DNA from: Thalia democratica
Taxonomy: Eukaryota
Assembly (NCBI GenBank): GCA_965202585.1
Contig: OZ241834.1
Span: forward strand, 22,692,001 to 22,756,000
DNA length: 64,000 bases
Direction of reading: 5' to 3'
Part shown: positions 36,401 to 46,310 of the stretch, piece by piece
Layout of the letters: each line of letters opens with the position of its first letter
Numbering within the stretch: the stretch's first letter is position 1
Program-made: the position numbers and the translations under genes
Notes under the pieces: generated by a model
Seen by the model: only the letters and a program-made list of their open reading frames with translations
The model's database searches: none
Told to the model about the DNA's origin: nothing

Positions 36401-39400
36401 ATTAAAACTGAGCATCTCATTAATATCTATCAGTAGTTGAATGAAAAATTGTTTTACAAATAAACCAACGAGCCAAAAAAAAAAGGTACAAAATACCGTT
36501 CACGGCCAACTTTTGTTAAAAACTGACCGCGGAGCACCGGTGGAGTATTTTTAAATTACTGTTTCAAATGAAAAGTTGTGTGAAACTGACCGCGGAGCAC
36601 CGGTGGAGTATTTTTAAATTACTGTTTCAAATGAAAAGTTGTGTGAAACTGACCGCGGAGCACCGGTGGAGTATTTTTAAATTACTGTTTCAAATAAAAA
36701 GTTGTGTGAAACTGACCGCGGAGCACCGGTGGAGCATTTTTAAATTACTGTTTCAAATAAAAAGTTGTGTGAAACTGACCGCGGAGAACCGGTGGAGTAT
36801 TTTTAAATTACTGTTTCAAATAAAAAGTTGTGTGAAACTGACCGCGGAGCACCGGTGGAGTATTTTTAAATTACTGTTTCAAATAAAAAGTTGTGTGAAA
36901 CTGACCGCGGAGCATAGGTGGAGTATTTTTAAATTACTGTTTCAAATAAAAAGTTGTGTGAAACTGACCGCGGAGCACCGGTGGAGTATTTTTAAATTAC
37001 TGTTTCAAATAAAAAGTTGTGTGAAACTGACCGCGGAGCACCGGTGGAGCATTTTTAAATTACTGTTTCAAATAAAAAGTTGTGTGAAACTGACCGCGGA
37101 GCACCGGTGGAGCATTTTTAAATTACTGTTTCAAATAAAAAGTTGTGTGAAACTGACCGCGGAGCACCGGTGGAGTATTTTTAAATTACTGTTTCAAATA
37201 AAAAGTTGTGTGAAACTGACCACGGAGCACCGGCGGAGTATTTTTAAATTACTGTTTCAAATAAAAAGTTGTGTGAAACTGACCGCGGAGCACCGGTGGA
37301 GCATTTTTAAATTACTGTTTCAAATAAAAAGTTGTGTGAAACTGACCGCGGAGCACCGGTGGAGCATTTTTAAATTACTGTTTCAAATAAAAAGTTGTGT
37401 GAAACTGACCGCGGAGCACCGGTGGAGTATTTTTAAATTACTTTCAAATAAAAAGTTGTGTGAAACTGCCCGCGGAGCACCGTTGGAGTATTTTTAAATT
37501 ACTGTTTCAAATAAAAATTTGTGTGAAACTGACCGCGGAGCACCGGTGGAGTATTTTTAAATTACTGTTTCAAACAAAAAGTTGTGTGAAACTGACCGCG
37601 GAGCACCGGTGGAGCATTTTTAAATTACTGTTTCAAATAAAAAGTTGTGTGAAACTGACCGCGGAGCACCGGTGGAGTATTTTTAAATTACTGTTTCAAA
37701 TAAAAAGTTGTGTGAAACTGACCGCGGAGCACCGGTGGAGTATTTTTAAATTACTGTTTCAAATAAAAAGTTGTGTGAAACTGACCGCGGAGCACCGGTG
37801 GAGTATTTTTAAATTACTGTTTCAAATAAAAAGTTGTGTGAAACTGACCGCGGAGCACCGGTGGAGTATTTTTAAATTACTGTTTCAAATAAAAAGTTGT
37901 GTGAAACTGACCGCGGAGCACCGGTGGAGTATTTTTAAATTACTGTTTCAAATAAAAAGTTGTGTGAAACTGACCGCGGAGCACCGGTGGAGTATTTTTA
38001 AATTACTGTTTCAAATAAAAAGTTGTGTGAAACTGACCGCGGAGCACCGGTGGAGTATTTTTAAATTACTGTTTCAAATAAAAAGTTGTGTGAAACTGAC
38101 CGCGGAGCACCGGTGGTACTCGTTGTGGCGGTCCTTGAGCCGGTCGAGGGCGCGCGTGAAGTGAAAGTAGATCAGGTCCTTCATGTTGGCTTGGAAGTCC
38201 AGCGCCAGCGAGGCCACCCTCACGGTCAGGAACGCCGCCACGTCCAGCACGGCTGCAAAAAAAAATTCATTTGAACCTTGTCGAACGCTTTTTTAGTGTA
38301 AAATCTATATAAGATGTAACATAAGTATCAAGTTTTAAGTTCAGCATCATAAAGTTTTGTTGTTGTTAAACTCCAAGTTTTTAAACCATAATTTCAATAC
38401 TTTTGTTTTCATTTTGTTTTATTTAATATTTTTACATAACTTCCATTTATTTTGTTCAAAAACTTTTTTCAGATTTGTTTATAACAACTGATGATCTACT
38501 ATATCCCAGTATAGGAATGAAACATTGTTTTGTTGATAATAAACTGTAAAAATAAATAATAGATAAATTGTATAAAGAAAATCCTTGCGGATGTGTACTT
38601 TGAATGTTTGTTTTCGCGTACAAACCGTCAAAACTTGATAAAAATAAACTATTTGACAATGAAATTGAGAGGTAACTGACATTTATTAAACTTATAGAGT
38701 TTGATGACCTGTGAATAATAATGCACTAAAAATTAAAATTACAACTTAAATGTTAGTGTTTTATTAAAGTACACCAATATTTGAAACTTTTCTTTAACAA
38801 AAGTTGGTTGCAGTTTAAAAGTAAAAACGAAATGAAAAACCTAAAATAGACAACTTTATACTTCACTAGTAAAAATAAAACTTACAAAAATCGCTGATGA
38901 CTATAGAGTTTCTGAATGCAATTGAACATTTTTTCATGTGGTCATAGTTCAGCTCGTAAAGGTTCACCAGACTAACTGTTGAAAAATTAATTGATCTGTT
39001 AGTGAAAACAGAGATACATTACTAACATTTAAAATCTACCAGTAGTTAGAACAATATTGACACAAAGTTTACTAAAAATAAGTCAGAATTTATTTGTGTA
39101 AGAGTTGAAAAATAGTTCAAAAGTGTACGTTTAACATGTTTTTTTTTGGCAGTAAATACTTGTTTCTATATTAATTTCAAAACTTTTAAAACCAACAGTA
39201 TTTTTACTTGATGATACTTAATTAAATTTAAAATAAAAAAAACAAAGCTAGCATTATGCAACGTTTTTACTTTACATAAACTTACAACAGTTTAAAATCA
39301 GCATAAAACTAAATCATTAAACTCTAGCACAAAGACTAACTAAAACTCTCATTTGCTAAATACTAGAGACTTTTGTGAAAGAGATAAAACTCAAAAAACA

Positions 39401-41035
39401 AAATTTTAAAGGCAAACGTTTTGTAGTTTTTTCAATTATAAAATAATCAAAATGATATTTTTCATCTATAAATAATAAATAATTAAAAATAATAATCGAA
39501 CTCACCAACTCCAAGAAGCCCTCCCTTATACTCACTAACATCTTGGCTAATGAGCAGTTTTCTCAGACGTTCCAACAAATCGTCAATAAACTTATTTTTT
39601 TCATCGGGAGAAAGTTCTTGTATTTCTGTTTCAAAAGAGTAAATCTAAGTATGAGCATTTTTTAAGTCAAATTTTAAAAAATTGTTTCATAAGATAGGAT
39701 ATATTGAAATTTAGTTTTAGTTTTGTATGTAGAATGTTAAGTGACACTTTTATAATACTTAAACAACATGCTAAAACATATTTTTACTTACTTAATGTCA
39801 TTTGTATCAACTCTTATAATTTAAAGCAACAAACAAAATATAAGTTTTTACAAATTAGTTTTTGTATGTATTGTTAAATTTATCTAAAAGAACTTTCATT
39901 TCAACTATAACTTTTGTTAGCTTAGTTTATATCATTAAGGAAAACAAAAAAAAATATTTTTATTTATTAAAAGTCTTAAAATATTTGAAGATTAAAATAT
40001 TCTTAATGCAAAAACAAGCAACTAAACAGTTTATCCAAAAAATAACATGGTAAATATATAATTATAAACTTTTAAAAATAATACTTATTGACTTTTTATT
40101 AATATATATTTGTCCTTTTAAATCAAAATAATGACAATATAAAAACAATATCTAAAGGATAACATAATTTATCTATCATATTAAATTAGGTAATAAATAC
40201 AGGGTTGCCACTCTTTAAAGCAAAAAAGCTATTCTGAGCTACATCAAACTAGCCTGATTTGGTATGAATTTGTGAGAAAATTGAAAAAAAAAAAGCATTT
40301 TTACAAGCCTAAAAAGAAAAAAAAACTTTAAATCAAGCCTAAACAAAAAAATATTAACAAAACTACTTAATAAAAAAACAAAAAAAATATTTAAAACTCT
40401 AAATAATTAGCATTTAGAATTTAAAAAAAGCCTGAGTTTTAATTGAAAAATTCAAATAAGTTTTAACTAGCCTGAGTTATTCTAAGAAGCCTGAGTGAGT
40501 GGAAAACAGTAAATAAAATTTAGTTCTTATATATTTTGTTTAGAGGATAATTTTTTTTTGAAATACTCCAATATATATAAACCCTATAAAAGGTCAATTC
40601 CTATATCTCAAAATATTTTTTTATTTAACACCTAACTTATAAATAAAATAAAAACAGTTTTGTTAATTTTAGATACTTTTTTTTCAACAAAACAGAAATT
40701 AAAACTTTACTAAAACACCAAAATAAGGGTATAATAAAAACTTTAAGAGAGTTGATAAAATAAAATATTTAATAAAATCGTAAATCATAACTGGTTGGAT
40801 CTCTTTATTGACAGAACACCAATATCAAAATGATAATCAATTGCTTTGTATTTCTAATTAGTAAAAATAATTTAAATACTCTCTTGCAAGCCTACAGAGC
40901 TTTGTCAAATCCCATTAATTAATCAAATCACATACCTGTGTTAACAAGCTGCTGAAGATTTTTAGCTGCCTTCAGTCTCAATGCTTCTTTGTTAGACTTG
41001 AGATCGTTAATTAAATAATCAGTACTGATTCCCAT
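73..41035 (-). CDS. TOR: Serine/threonine-protein kinase TOR (mTOR/FRAP), spliced, 57 coding exons, about 2,599 aa
   Basis: Hand-assembled exons (5' to 3', minus strand): 40936-41035, 39506-39625, 38886-38975, 38101-38252, 36062-36163, 35692-35802, 34946-35096, 33312-33364, 32740-32818, 31053-31219, 30508-30666, 30195-30322, 29760-29894, 28940-29122, 28226-28347, 27167-27383, 26864-26955, 26602-26717, 26139-26292, 21665-21922, 21183-21298, 20769-20912, 20322-20458, 19876-19999, 19300-19557, 18750-18947, 17817-18134, 17125-17382, 16811-16879, 16135-16391, 15465-15685, 14285-14508, 13524-13709, 13066-13194, 12469-12609, 12208-12314, 11845-11962, 11479-11599, 11233-11264, 10508-10608, 10184-10280, 9801-9899, 9302-9421, 8530-8603, 8240-8345, 7535-7669, 6960-7134, 6557-6692, 4677-4824, 3239-3361, 2571-2726, 2276-2350, 1826-1961, 896-964, 636-719, 380-482, 73-88. 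All phases are compatible, all acceptors are AG, and donors are GT except one GC. TOR hallmark motifs are present: [95 protein letters not shown]. Confidence 0.97.
1953..2016. repeat. 26-bp tandem triplication spanning a TOR acceptor and exon start
   Basis: tcctaccacctt occurs three times at 26-nt spacing. Confidence 0.93.
3425..3862. mobile_element. Foldback/MITE-like element with roughly 86-bp terminal inverted repeats
   Basis: 3425-3510 is the reverse complement of 3777-3862 with 2 mismatches, around an AT-rich non-coding spacer of about 265 bp. Confidence 0.8.
5346..6482. mobile_element. Non-autonomous DNA transposon with CA(G/T)GGTTGCCAC termini and a 6-bp TSD
   Basis: Left end catggttgccact, right end agtggcaaccctg, flanked by CATACT on both sides (5340-5345 and 6483-6488). 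Many subterminal tttcctgact repeats at both ends. Confidence 0.85.
7535..8603 (-). other. TOR FRB (FKBP12-rapamycin binding) domain exons
   Basis: Three exons give [34 protein letters not shown]...[38 protein letters not shown], which aligns by eye with the human FRB ([25 protein letters not shown]...DLTQAWDLYYHVFRR). Confidence 0.95.
8358..8377. repeat. (TA)n microsatellite next to a TOR acceptor
   Basis: tatatatatatatatatata immediately upstream (minus strand) of the acceptor at 8345. Confidence 0.9.
13195..13523 (-). other. GC-AG intron in TOR
   Basis: The exon ends LRLQ CAG|GCGAGT and the next exon starts cag|GAC in phase 0. No nearby GT gives the correct phase. Confidence 0.85.
14110..14305. 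repeat. 81-bp tandem triplication spanning a TOR exon end and donor
   Basis: caaactgcttttgcttgcttgtagtg starts at 14118, 14199 and 14280. Confidence 0.95.
22790..23617 (+). mobile_element. Decayed Penelope-like retroelement (RT C-terminus plus GIY-YIG endonuclease), frameshifted
   Basis: [19 protein letters not shown] (23261-23317), then [10 protein letters not shown] after a frameshift, then [25 protein letters not shown] and a frameshifted [31 protein letters not shown]. This is the typical layout of a PLE GIY-YIG domain and tail. Confidence 0.8.
24439..24608. mobile_element. Non-autonomous hAT (Charlie-like) MITE, 170 bp
   Basis: Perfect 13-bp TIRs cagtgcttctgaa / ttcagaagcactg and a perfect 8-bp TSD ttttagag (24431-24438 and 24609-24616). 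A paralogous segment near 25360-25470 lacks the insertion. Confidence 0.92.
29703..29778. repeat. 38-bp tandem duplication spanning a TOR exon end and donor
   Basis: gaagttgtac(g/a)taaccgaccttatgttaattttaaaca starts at 29703 and 29741. Confidence 0.95.
36520..38116. repeat. 63-bp minisatellite (25 extra units) built from a TOR exon end plus 5' splice site
   Basis: Unit (+ strand): aaactgaccgcggagcaccggtggagtatttttaaattactgtttcaaataaaaagttgtgtg. The first actgac is at 36522 and the last at 38095; the 1573-nt spacing equals 25x63 minus a 2-nt deletion near 37443. The last copy runs directly into the TOR exon 38101-38252. Confidence 0.98.
40200..40509. mobile_element. Short member of the CAGGGTTGCCAC-ended family with a degenerate right end
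   Basis: Left end cagggttgccactc, right end gagtggaaaacag, flanked by TAAATA on both sides (40194-40199 and 40510-40515). Internal tagcctga repeats. Confidence 0.65.
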
Positions 41036-41063
41036 TTTTATATGGTGTATCTCTCTTTTGCAT
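41019..41063 (-). promoter_or_regulatory. Out-of-frame uORF ([14 protein letters not shown]) overlapping the TOR start codon
   Basis: An ATG at 41063 lies 28 nt upstream of the main ATG (41035), downstream of the putative acceptor ctacag| at 41077. Its stop TGA (41021-41019) falls inside the TOR CDS. Confidence 0.55.
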
Positions 41064-43136
41064 TATCAAATTTAAAACTGTAGCAAAAGGTAGTTTTTTA
41101 AATATCAATACAAACAAGCATCAAAACATTATAAACTTAAAAGACTTAAGAATATCATTGATTAAAGCAGATTCTACCACATTTTTAAGTGTGTAACTTT
41201 TATTTTATTTTTGGACTTTTTTTATTTTTAGCAATGTCAAGTTTTCAAAGTGCACAAGTGTAACAAGTTTTTTAAGAATAAATTTCAAAAAAAAATTAAA
41301 AAAATAATAATAAGAACAGTCTTTGAAAATGGTTCTTATTTTTACAAAAAAAATGAAGTAAGTTATTTTGAAATAAATACTTATTAAGTTAATATTGATG
41401 TGAGGAAATTTTAGGTAAATTGCTGTAGAAGTTAATTATATTTTCAGTTCTGGTTCAAAATTATAGAAGTTTTTTAAAAAAACAAGTATTTATATTTGAA
41501 GAAAAGGAAATCCTCCTAAGACTAAATAAATTCAATAATAAGAAACTCAACAAAATTATACCAAATTAAATGTAAAATAATTGTAAAAACAATTATGTTA
41601 AGTGCTAATATATAGTTCAAAAATATGCTGCTTTACCAATTGCTTAAGGACAAATACTTAAGACAAGTTCAAAGTAAAATTTAAAAATATGATTTTTAAG
41701 CTAATAAAAACAGTTTGCAAAACACTATTTTAAAAAGGAGTGATATGATTCAACAACTAAAAATATTTTTATCTCTACTACCCGTTACATTCCTGCACAA
41801 AGATTTAATTAAACTATCAAGTTATCACAGAAACAGAAAGCTGATCAAATCAAGTTGCTCCAAAACTAATATTTTGGAAGTTTTAAAGTGTTAGCCTAAC
41901 TGGTAGCACTGCTAGTGGCTAAACATTAAGCTATAGCTTAGAGTACACCCTTGGGTAAAGGTTGAAAAAACAGGTTATAAAAATTTAAAATAATAAAAAC
42001 AAGTAAACAAAATCACTCAAGCATAATGGTAAAAATTGCATGCATATGTAGCAGCTAAAAACTCGGCCAACACTTTAAGGCCTCCCCTGATATTTTTTTA
42101 AAGGGATTTTTTAGATCAGGGTTTCCCAAATTGACAATAAATTAATGAAGGAGCTAAATTTAAATGAGTAATTAGCTAGTAAGAATGATATGTAGTTATA
42201 GGAGGCAACTGTTTATTTTAAATTCTGCCAAGCAGCAGTTATGATATGATTTTGGGAAACATTGATATAGGTACATTTAAAAAATTTAAATAAACTTCTA
42301 ATTTTTACTAATTTTATATTGTATATGTGCTGACTATAAAGTGAGCCCTAATTGCGCTTAACTGAAGTCAATGAAATTTCTTAAAAATCAATATTAGTAA
42401 ATCTTGTTACAAATATGTAATATTAGTTTATTACAAAGTTGTGATTATTGAAAATCATAACAGATTAAAAGTTATCAGTTTTTTAGTGTTATTTCTTATA
42501 AAGCAATGTTGCTCTAAGCATTTTCTTATATTGAAAATATGTTTTTTAATAAAAAATTAGGCAAACTAAACTTAAATTTTAACTAATTATAGTTTAAAAC
42601 AGCTTGTAGATGTTAAGTAGTTACTAGAGCTTCAACAATAGAAAAGAGCTATCTTATTAAAATTCTTTCATGAAACTAAAAAACAATTTCTAATGTTATC
42701 AAAAAACAGTATACTTGCAATATGCTTTTATCTACTTAATCTGAAGTTATAATATATACACATATATAGGGACAGCAAGCAAAAAGTACCTAAATTTTAT
42801 AGAGTTAACTAGAATGACAATAAAAAACATTCAAAAATACATAATTATAATTTTTACTTTCAAAAAAAAATCTTTTTTTAGTTGATAAAACCACAAATAT
42901 ATATTAAACAAATCTTTAATAAAATACTTTTTTCAAAATATACAAAAAATAATAAAAAAATCTTATGCTAAATTAGTTTTTTATTTAATTACAAATGCAA
43001 ATACAATGCAATTGAAATGACATTACATCAGTAATATCTTTCTGCCTAGCTGACTCGAAACATTTTATATTCTAAATCAAAAACTTAAAACAAAACAGCA
43101 GAAGAATTTGCTTTTTATAGTAGAAAAAAAAAGAAC

Positions 43137-43830
43137 AATTTTACAGACAAAATTTGCATATTTAGTGTAATAATGACGTCTTAATACAACAAAAGCAGTT
43201 GAAATGTCATTAACTTATGCCTACAATTATCAACTTTCATTTAAGATATAACGTATAAGTCTAGGACATGTATAATTTAATTACTGTAGAAGTCAAAAAT
43301 TGAAAAAATATTTAATTTTTGGGGTTGAAATCAGTTTTTTGGGCAGCAAGTTTTTTTTTTGCAAAATTATAGTTTTTTTTAGATACTTTTTAACTATGCA
43401 AAAACTTATTCGAATCATATGTACTTATTTAAATTATTTTACAATATGACCAAAAAAATGTGCTGTACTACCTGCCCCTACATTTTACAGACAAATTTTG
43501 CGCATTTAGGGTGATTATGACGTCATTATACATCAAAAGCAGTTAATATATCTTTATTTATATGTCTATAATTATAAGCTTTCATTTAAGACATAAATTA
43601 TAAGTTTAGGTCATGTATAAGTTGATTCTATTACTGTTTAAGTAAAAAAATCAAAAGGTATGTGATTTTTGGGGTTGAAATTGGTTTTTTGGGCGGCAAA
43701 CTTTTTTTTTTTATTAAATTTTTTTTTTTACATTCTTCTTAATCAAGCAAAAACACATCCAAATAATATGTACTTGATAAAATATTACAATATGACCAAA
43801 AAAATGTGCTGTACTCCATACCCCTACTAA
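43137..43830. repeat. Diverged tandem duplication of about 345 bp, intergenic or in a 5' UTR intron
   Basis: ttttacagacaaa...ggggttgaaa...acaatatgaccaaaaaa(a)tgtgctgtact occurs twice, starting near 43137 and 43481. Confidence 0.8.
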
Positions 43831-44162
43831 ATTTAAAGACAAAAGTTGTATTTAGTAGTATTAAGTTACTGAAAAGGTGCTGTAGTACTATTTTAATTGC
43901 GTTTAAATATTATATAGTTTTTTGTGCTTACTTGTTATTTCTTATCTAATCTAAATGTCATAAATTTTCATGTAAAAACTTCCATTACTATTTACTGTTT
44001 ACTATCTACAGTTTACTATTTTATTATACTTGAAAAGGTTGCAATTTTTTGCCACCAAAACCTGATAGTAATTGAAATACTTAATTTGCACATCTTTATG
44101 TAAAAACTTCCCAAAAATTCAATTTTTTTCTTTAAAAACTATTCCATCTGAGGTTAAATGGC

Positions 44163-44203
44163 TACCCTGAACAATACATTAGTATAATGTATTGTTCAGG
44201 GTA
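44163..44203. repeat. Perfect 19-bp-stem hairpin
   Basis: taccctgaacaatacatta-gta-taatgtattgttcagggta, with a degenerate related palindrome at about 44218-44256. Confidence 0.9.
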
Positions 44204-44420
44204 TAATGGATTACAAGGGAACAATACATAATACATCAATATAATGAATTGTTCCATAATTTATTTTAGGTCTTCTAAAATTCTTCAAGGTTTTGTAAAT
44301 ACACGTTTTAGGGTCTATTATTAGTTTAAAGTAAAGTTAAAGGTAAAAAAAAACTATATTATTACAACATTAATAGCTGTCATATTTCTTATTTTTGAAA
44401 TATGGATTACTATTTCAAAT

Positions 44421-44448
44421 AGAAAGAAAGAAAGAAAGAAAGAAAGAA
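44421..44448. repeat. (GAAA)n microsatellite
   Basis: About seven consecutive gaaa units. Confidence 0.9.
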
Positions 44449-45289
44449 AAAAGTGAACGCTCACAACTATGGTCAATGGATTGGTGTGGAGAAAGACCTT
44501 TCAGTCATCGAGCCTCACACCATATATGTATAAATAACTTTGATAAGCTTTATTTAAAACTTTGATAAAACCTAATTTTAAGTTAAATGTATGATTTTTT
44601 TTAACTTAAACTAATTAAAGAAATTAATTATTAAAGGAAAAAAATGGTATGCACTCTTTTTTAAACCCATTACTGCCAATATTAACCATGAAAATCATAG
44701 TCTACCATGGGCACCACACCGTCTCCTCCCAAAGATTTCAATTTTTATGATCATGTACGTTCACATTTTTCTTGTTGCCCTCTCTACAAGAGCAAGCCTG
44801 AAAAATGCAATAAAAAGGTCAATAATAAAACAAAAAGGGAGAAGTTGTGAAAATGCTATAACTAACATATTTTCTTTTTCTAAAACTAAATGTGTTTAAA
44901 AAAGAAAACAAAAAATAAGAAAAAAAAACTTAACAGCTACTTAAGTAACTAAAAAATTAATTATTAAATCTCACTTAGAAATAAAAATAAACTAAGTAAG
45001 TTTCAACTACATCTGTTCAAAAACCATGTTACTCTAAAACAAACTCAACAATTATTTTTAAAAACTTAAAAAATAATAATAAATAAATCAAAATTGTAAT
45101 CATACTTAATTATAAACTCACATAAAAAAAAGAAAAAAAATTAAGTTAGTAAATAAAAACTGCTTGTTTAAAAACTATACCCAAGACCAAATCAACTCTG
45201 CTCACACCCAGCCAACACAGCTGCCATTGATTTTTCTCAAAAAAAAAAATAGAGAGTAAAACTTAATAACTAAGAAATCATTTTATGAG

Positions 45290-46310
45290 ATACTATTTAA
45301 AACTGAAAATTAAGATTGACGTTTGTCTGATTGATTTCTAAGCAATACACTTTTCAGTACAGATTTAAATGCTATAAGATAGTTTTGTTCTTTTAAGCTT
45401 TTTGGAATTTACTCTCATACCTTACATCCAAGATATGACAAGGATTTAAAACCGTAAAAACTATTTACTCAAGGAAAAAAGTAATTTGTCTCTGAAAATC
45501 TCGTTGAATGGTTATGAATCTTGTTTATACTTGTAAAGTAAGGATTGAAATTAACAGGCAACATGCTTTTTTTGAATTTGTACATAAAGACTCCTAACTC
45601 ATACCGAAACATGTTTTCAACATTTAAAAATTTTTTGATATTTTTATACTACTAATATTTTCATTCCAACTTTTAAAATGTATGCACCTTACCTTTATTG
45701 ATCTCAGAAATTTTGGTTCTGCTTGCTCTACCCCAACAAAGTAATCCATATCTAACATGACTCATAAGAAGTGAGTTAAAAATGTAATACAAAGAGTTTT
45801 GATTTAAATAGTACCGTATTTTGTATAAAACACCTATTGTCTTTAATAATTTTGTTTTTAATGTTTCAATATGCTTAGACCAATTAAGATTACTGTCAAT
45901 TGTAACACCCAGATATTTATAATTATTTACCTTTGATATAGTTGAATTACTAATTTTTATATCTAAGTTTATGTTTTTCCAAATATCAATCTTGCCAGAG
46001 TGGAAGAGCATGTATCTTGTTTTATTTACATTTATTAACCATCTTGATACGTTTTTTAATTGGGAGTTTAGGTATTCATTATCTTTTTTATATGTGTTTT
46101 TCTTAAATGTTGTATATAATAAAGTATCATCAGCAAAGCTTATGATTTTTAGTGTTGTATTATTCTGTAATTATTGATGTACACCAGAAAGAACAAGGGT
46201 CCTAAAACCAAGCCTTGTGGCACTCCTGCTTTGATACTTTCACAAGTTGATGTGTGCCCTGCAAAATCTACAAATTGTTTTCTTTCAGCATAAAATAAAT
46301 AGCATAAACA
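45290..46310 (-). mobile_element. Decayed CR1/L2-type non-LTR retrotransposon reverse transcriptase fragment
   Basis: RKQFVDF...AGVPQGLVLGPLFFLVYIN (46310-46170), then SFADDTLLY after a frameshift, then NYKYLGVTIDSNLNWSKHIETL...LMSHVRYGLLCWG (ORF 45673-46011) and YELGVFMYKFKKSMLP. Sequence down to about 44450 may be its 3' UTR. Confidence 0.88.

Noticed and set aside
36520-38116. CRISPR-like regular repeat
   Set aside because: Units are contiguous and near-identical with no unique spacers, there are no cas genes, and the context is a spliceosomal intron.
36568-38164. Plus-strand ORFs of 309 and 234 aa repeating [21 protein letters not shown]
   Set aside because: A 63-nt unit with one stop-free frame automatically gives a long ORF. 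The frame is broken by a 2-nt deletion, the unit derives from the TOR junction on the other strand, and there is no independent sign of coding.
73-41035. Alternative genetic code, readthrough or TOR pseudogene
   Set aside because: The spliced model is stop-free under the standard code and of normal TOR length.
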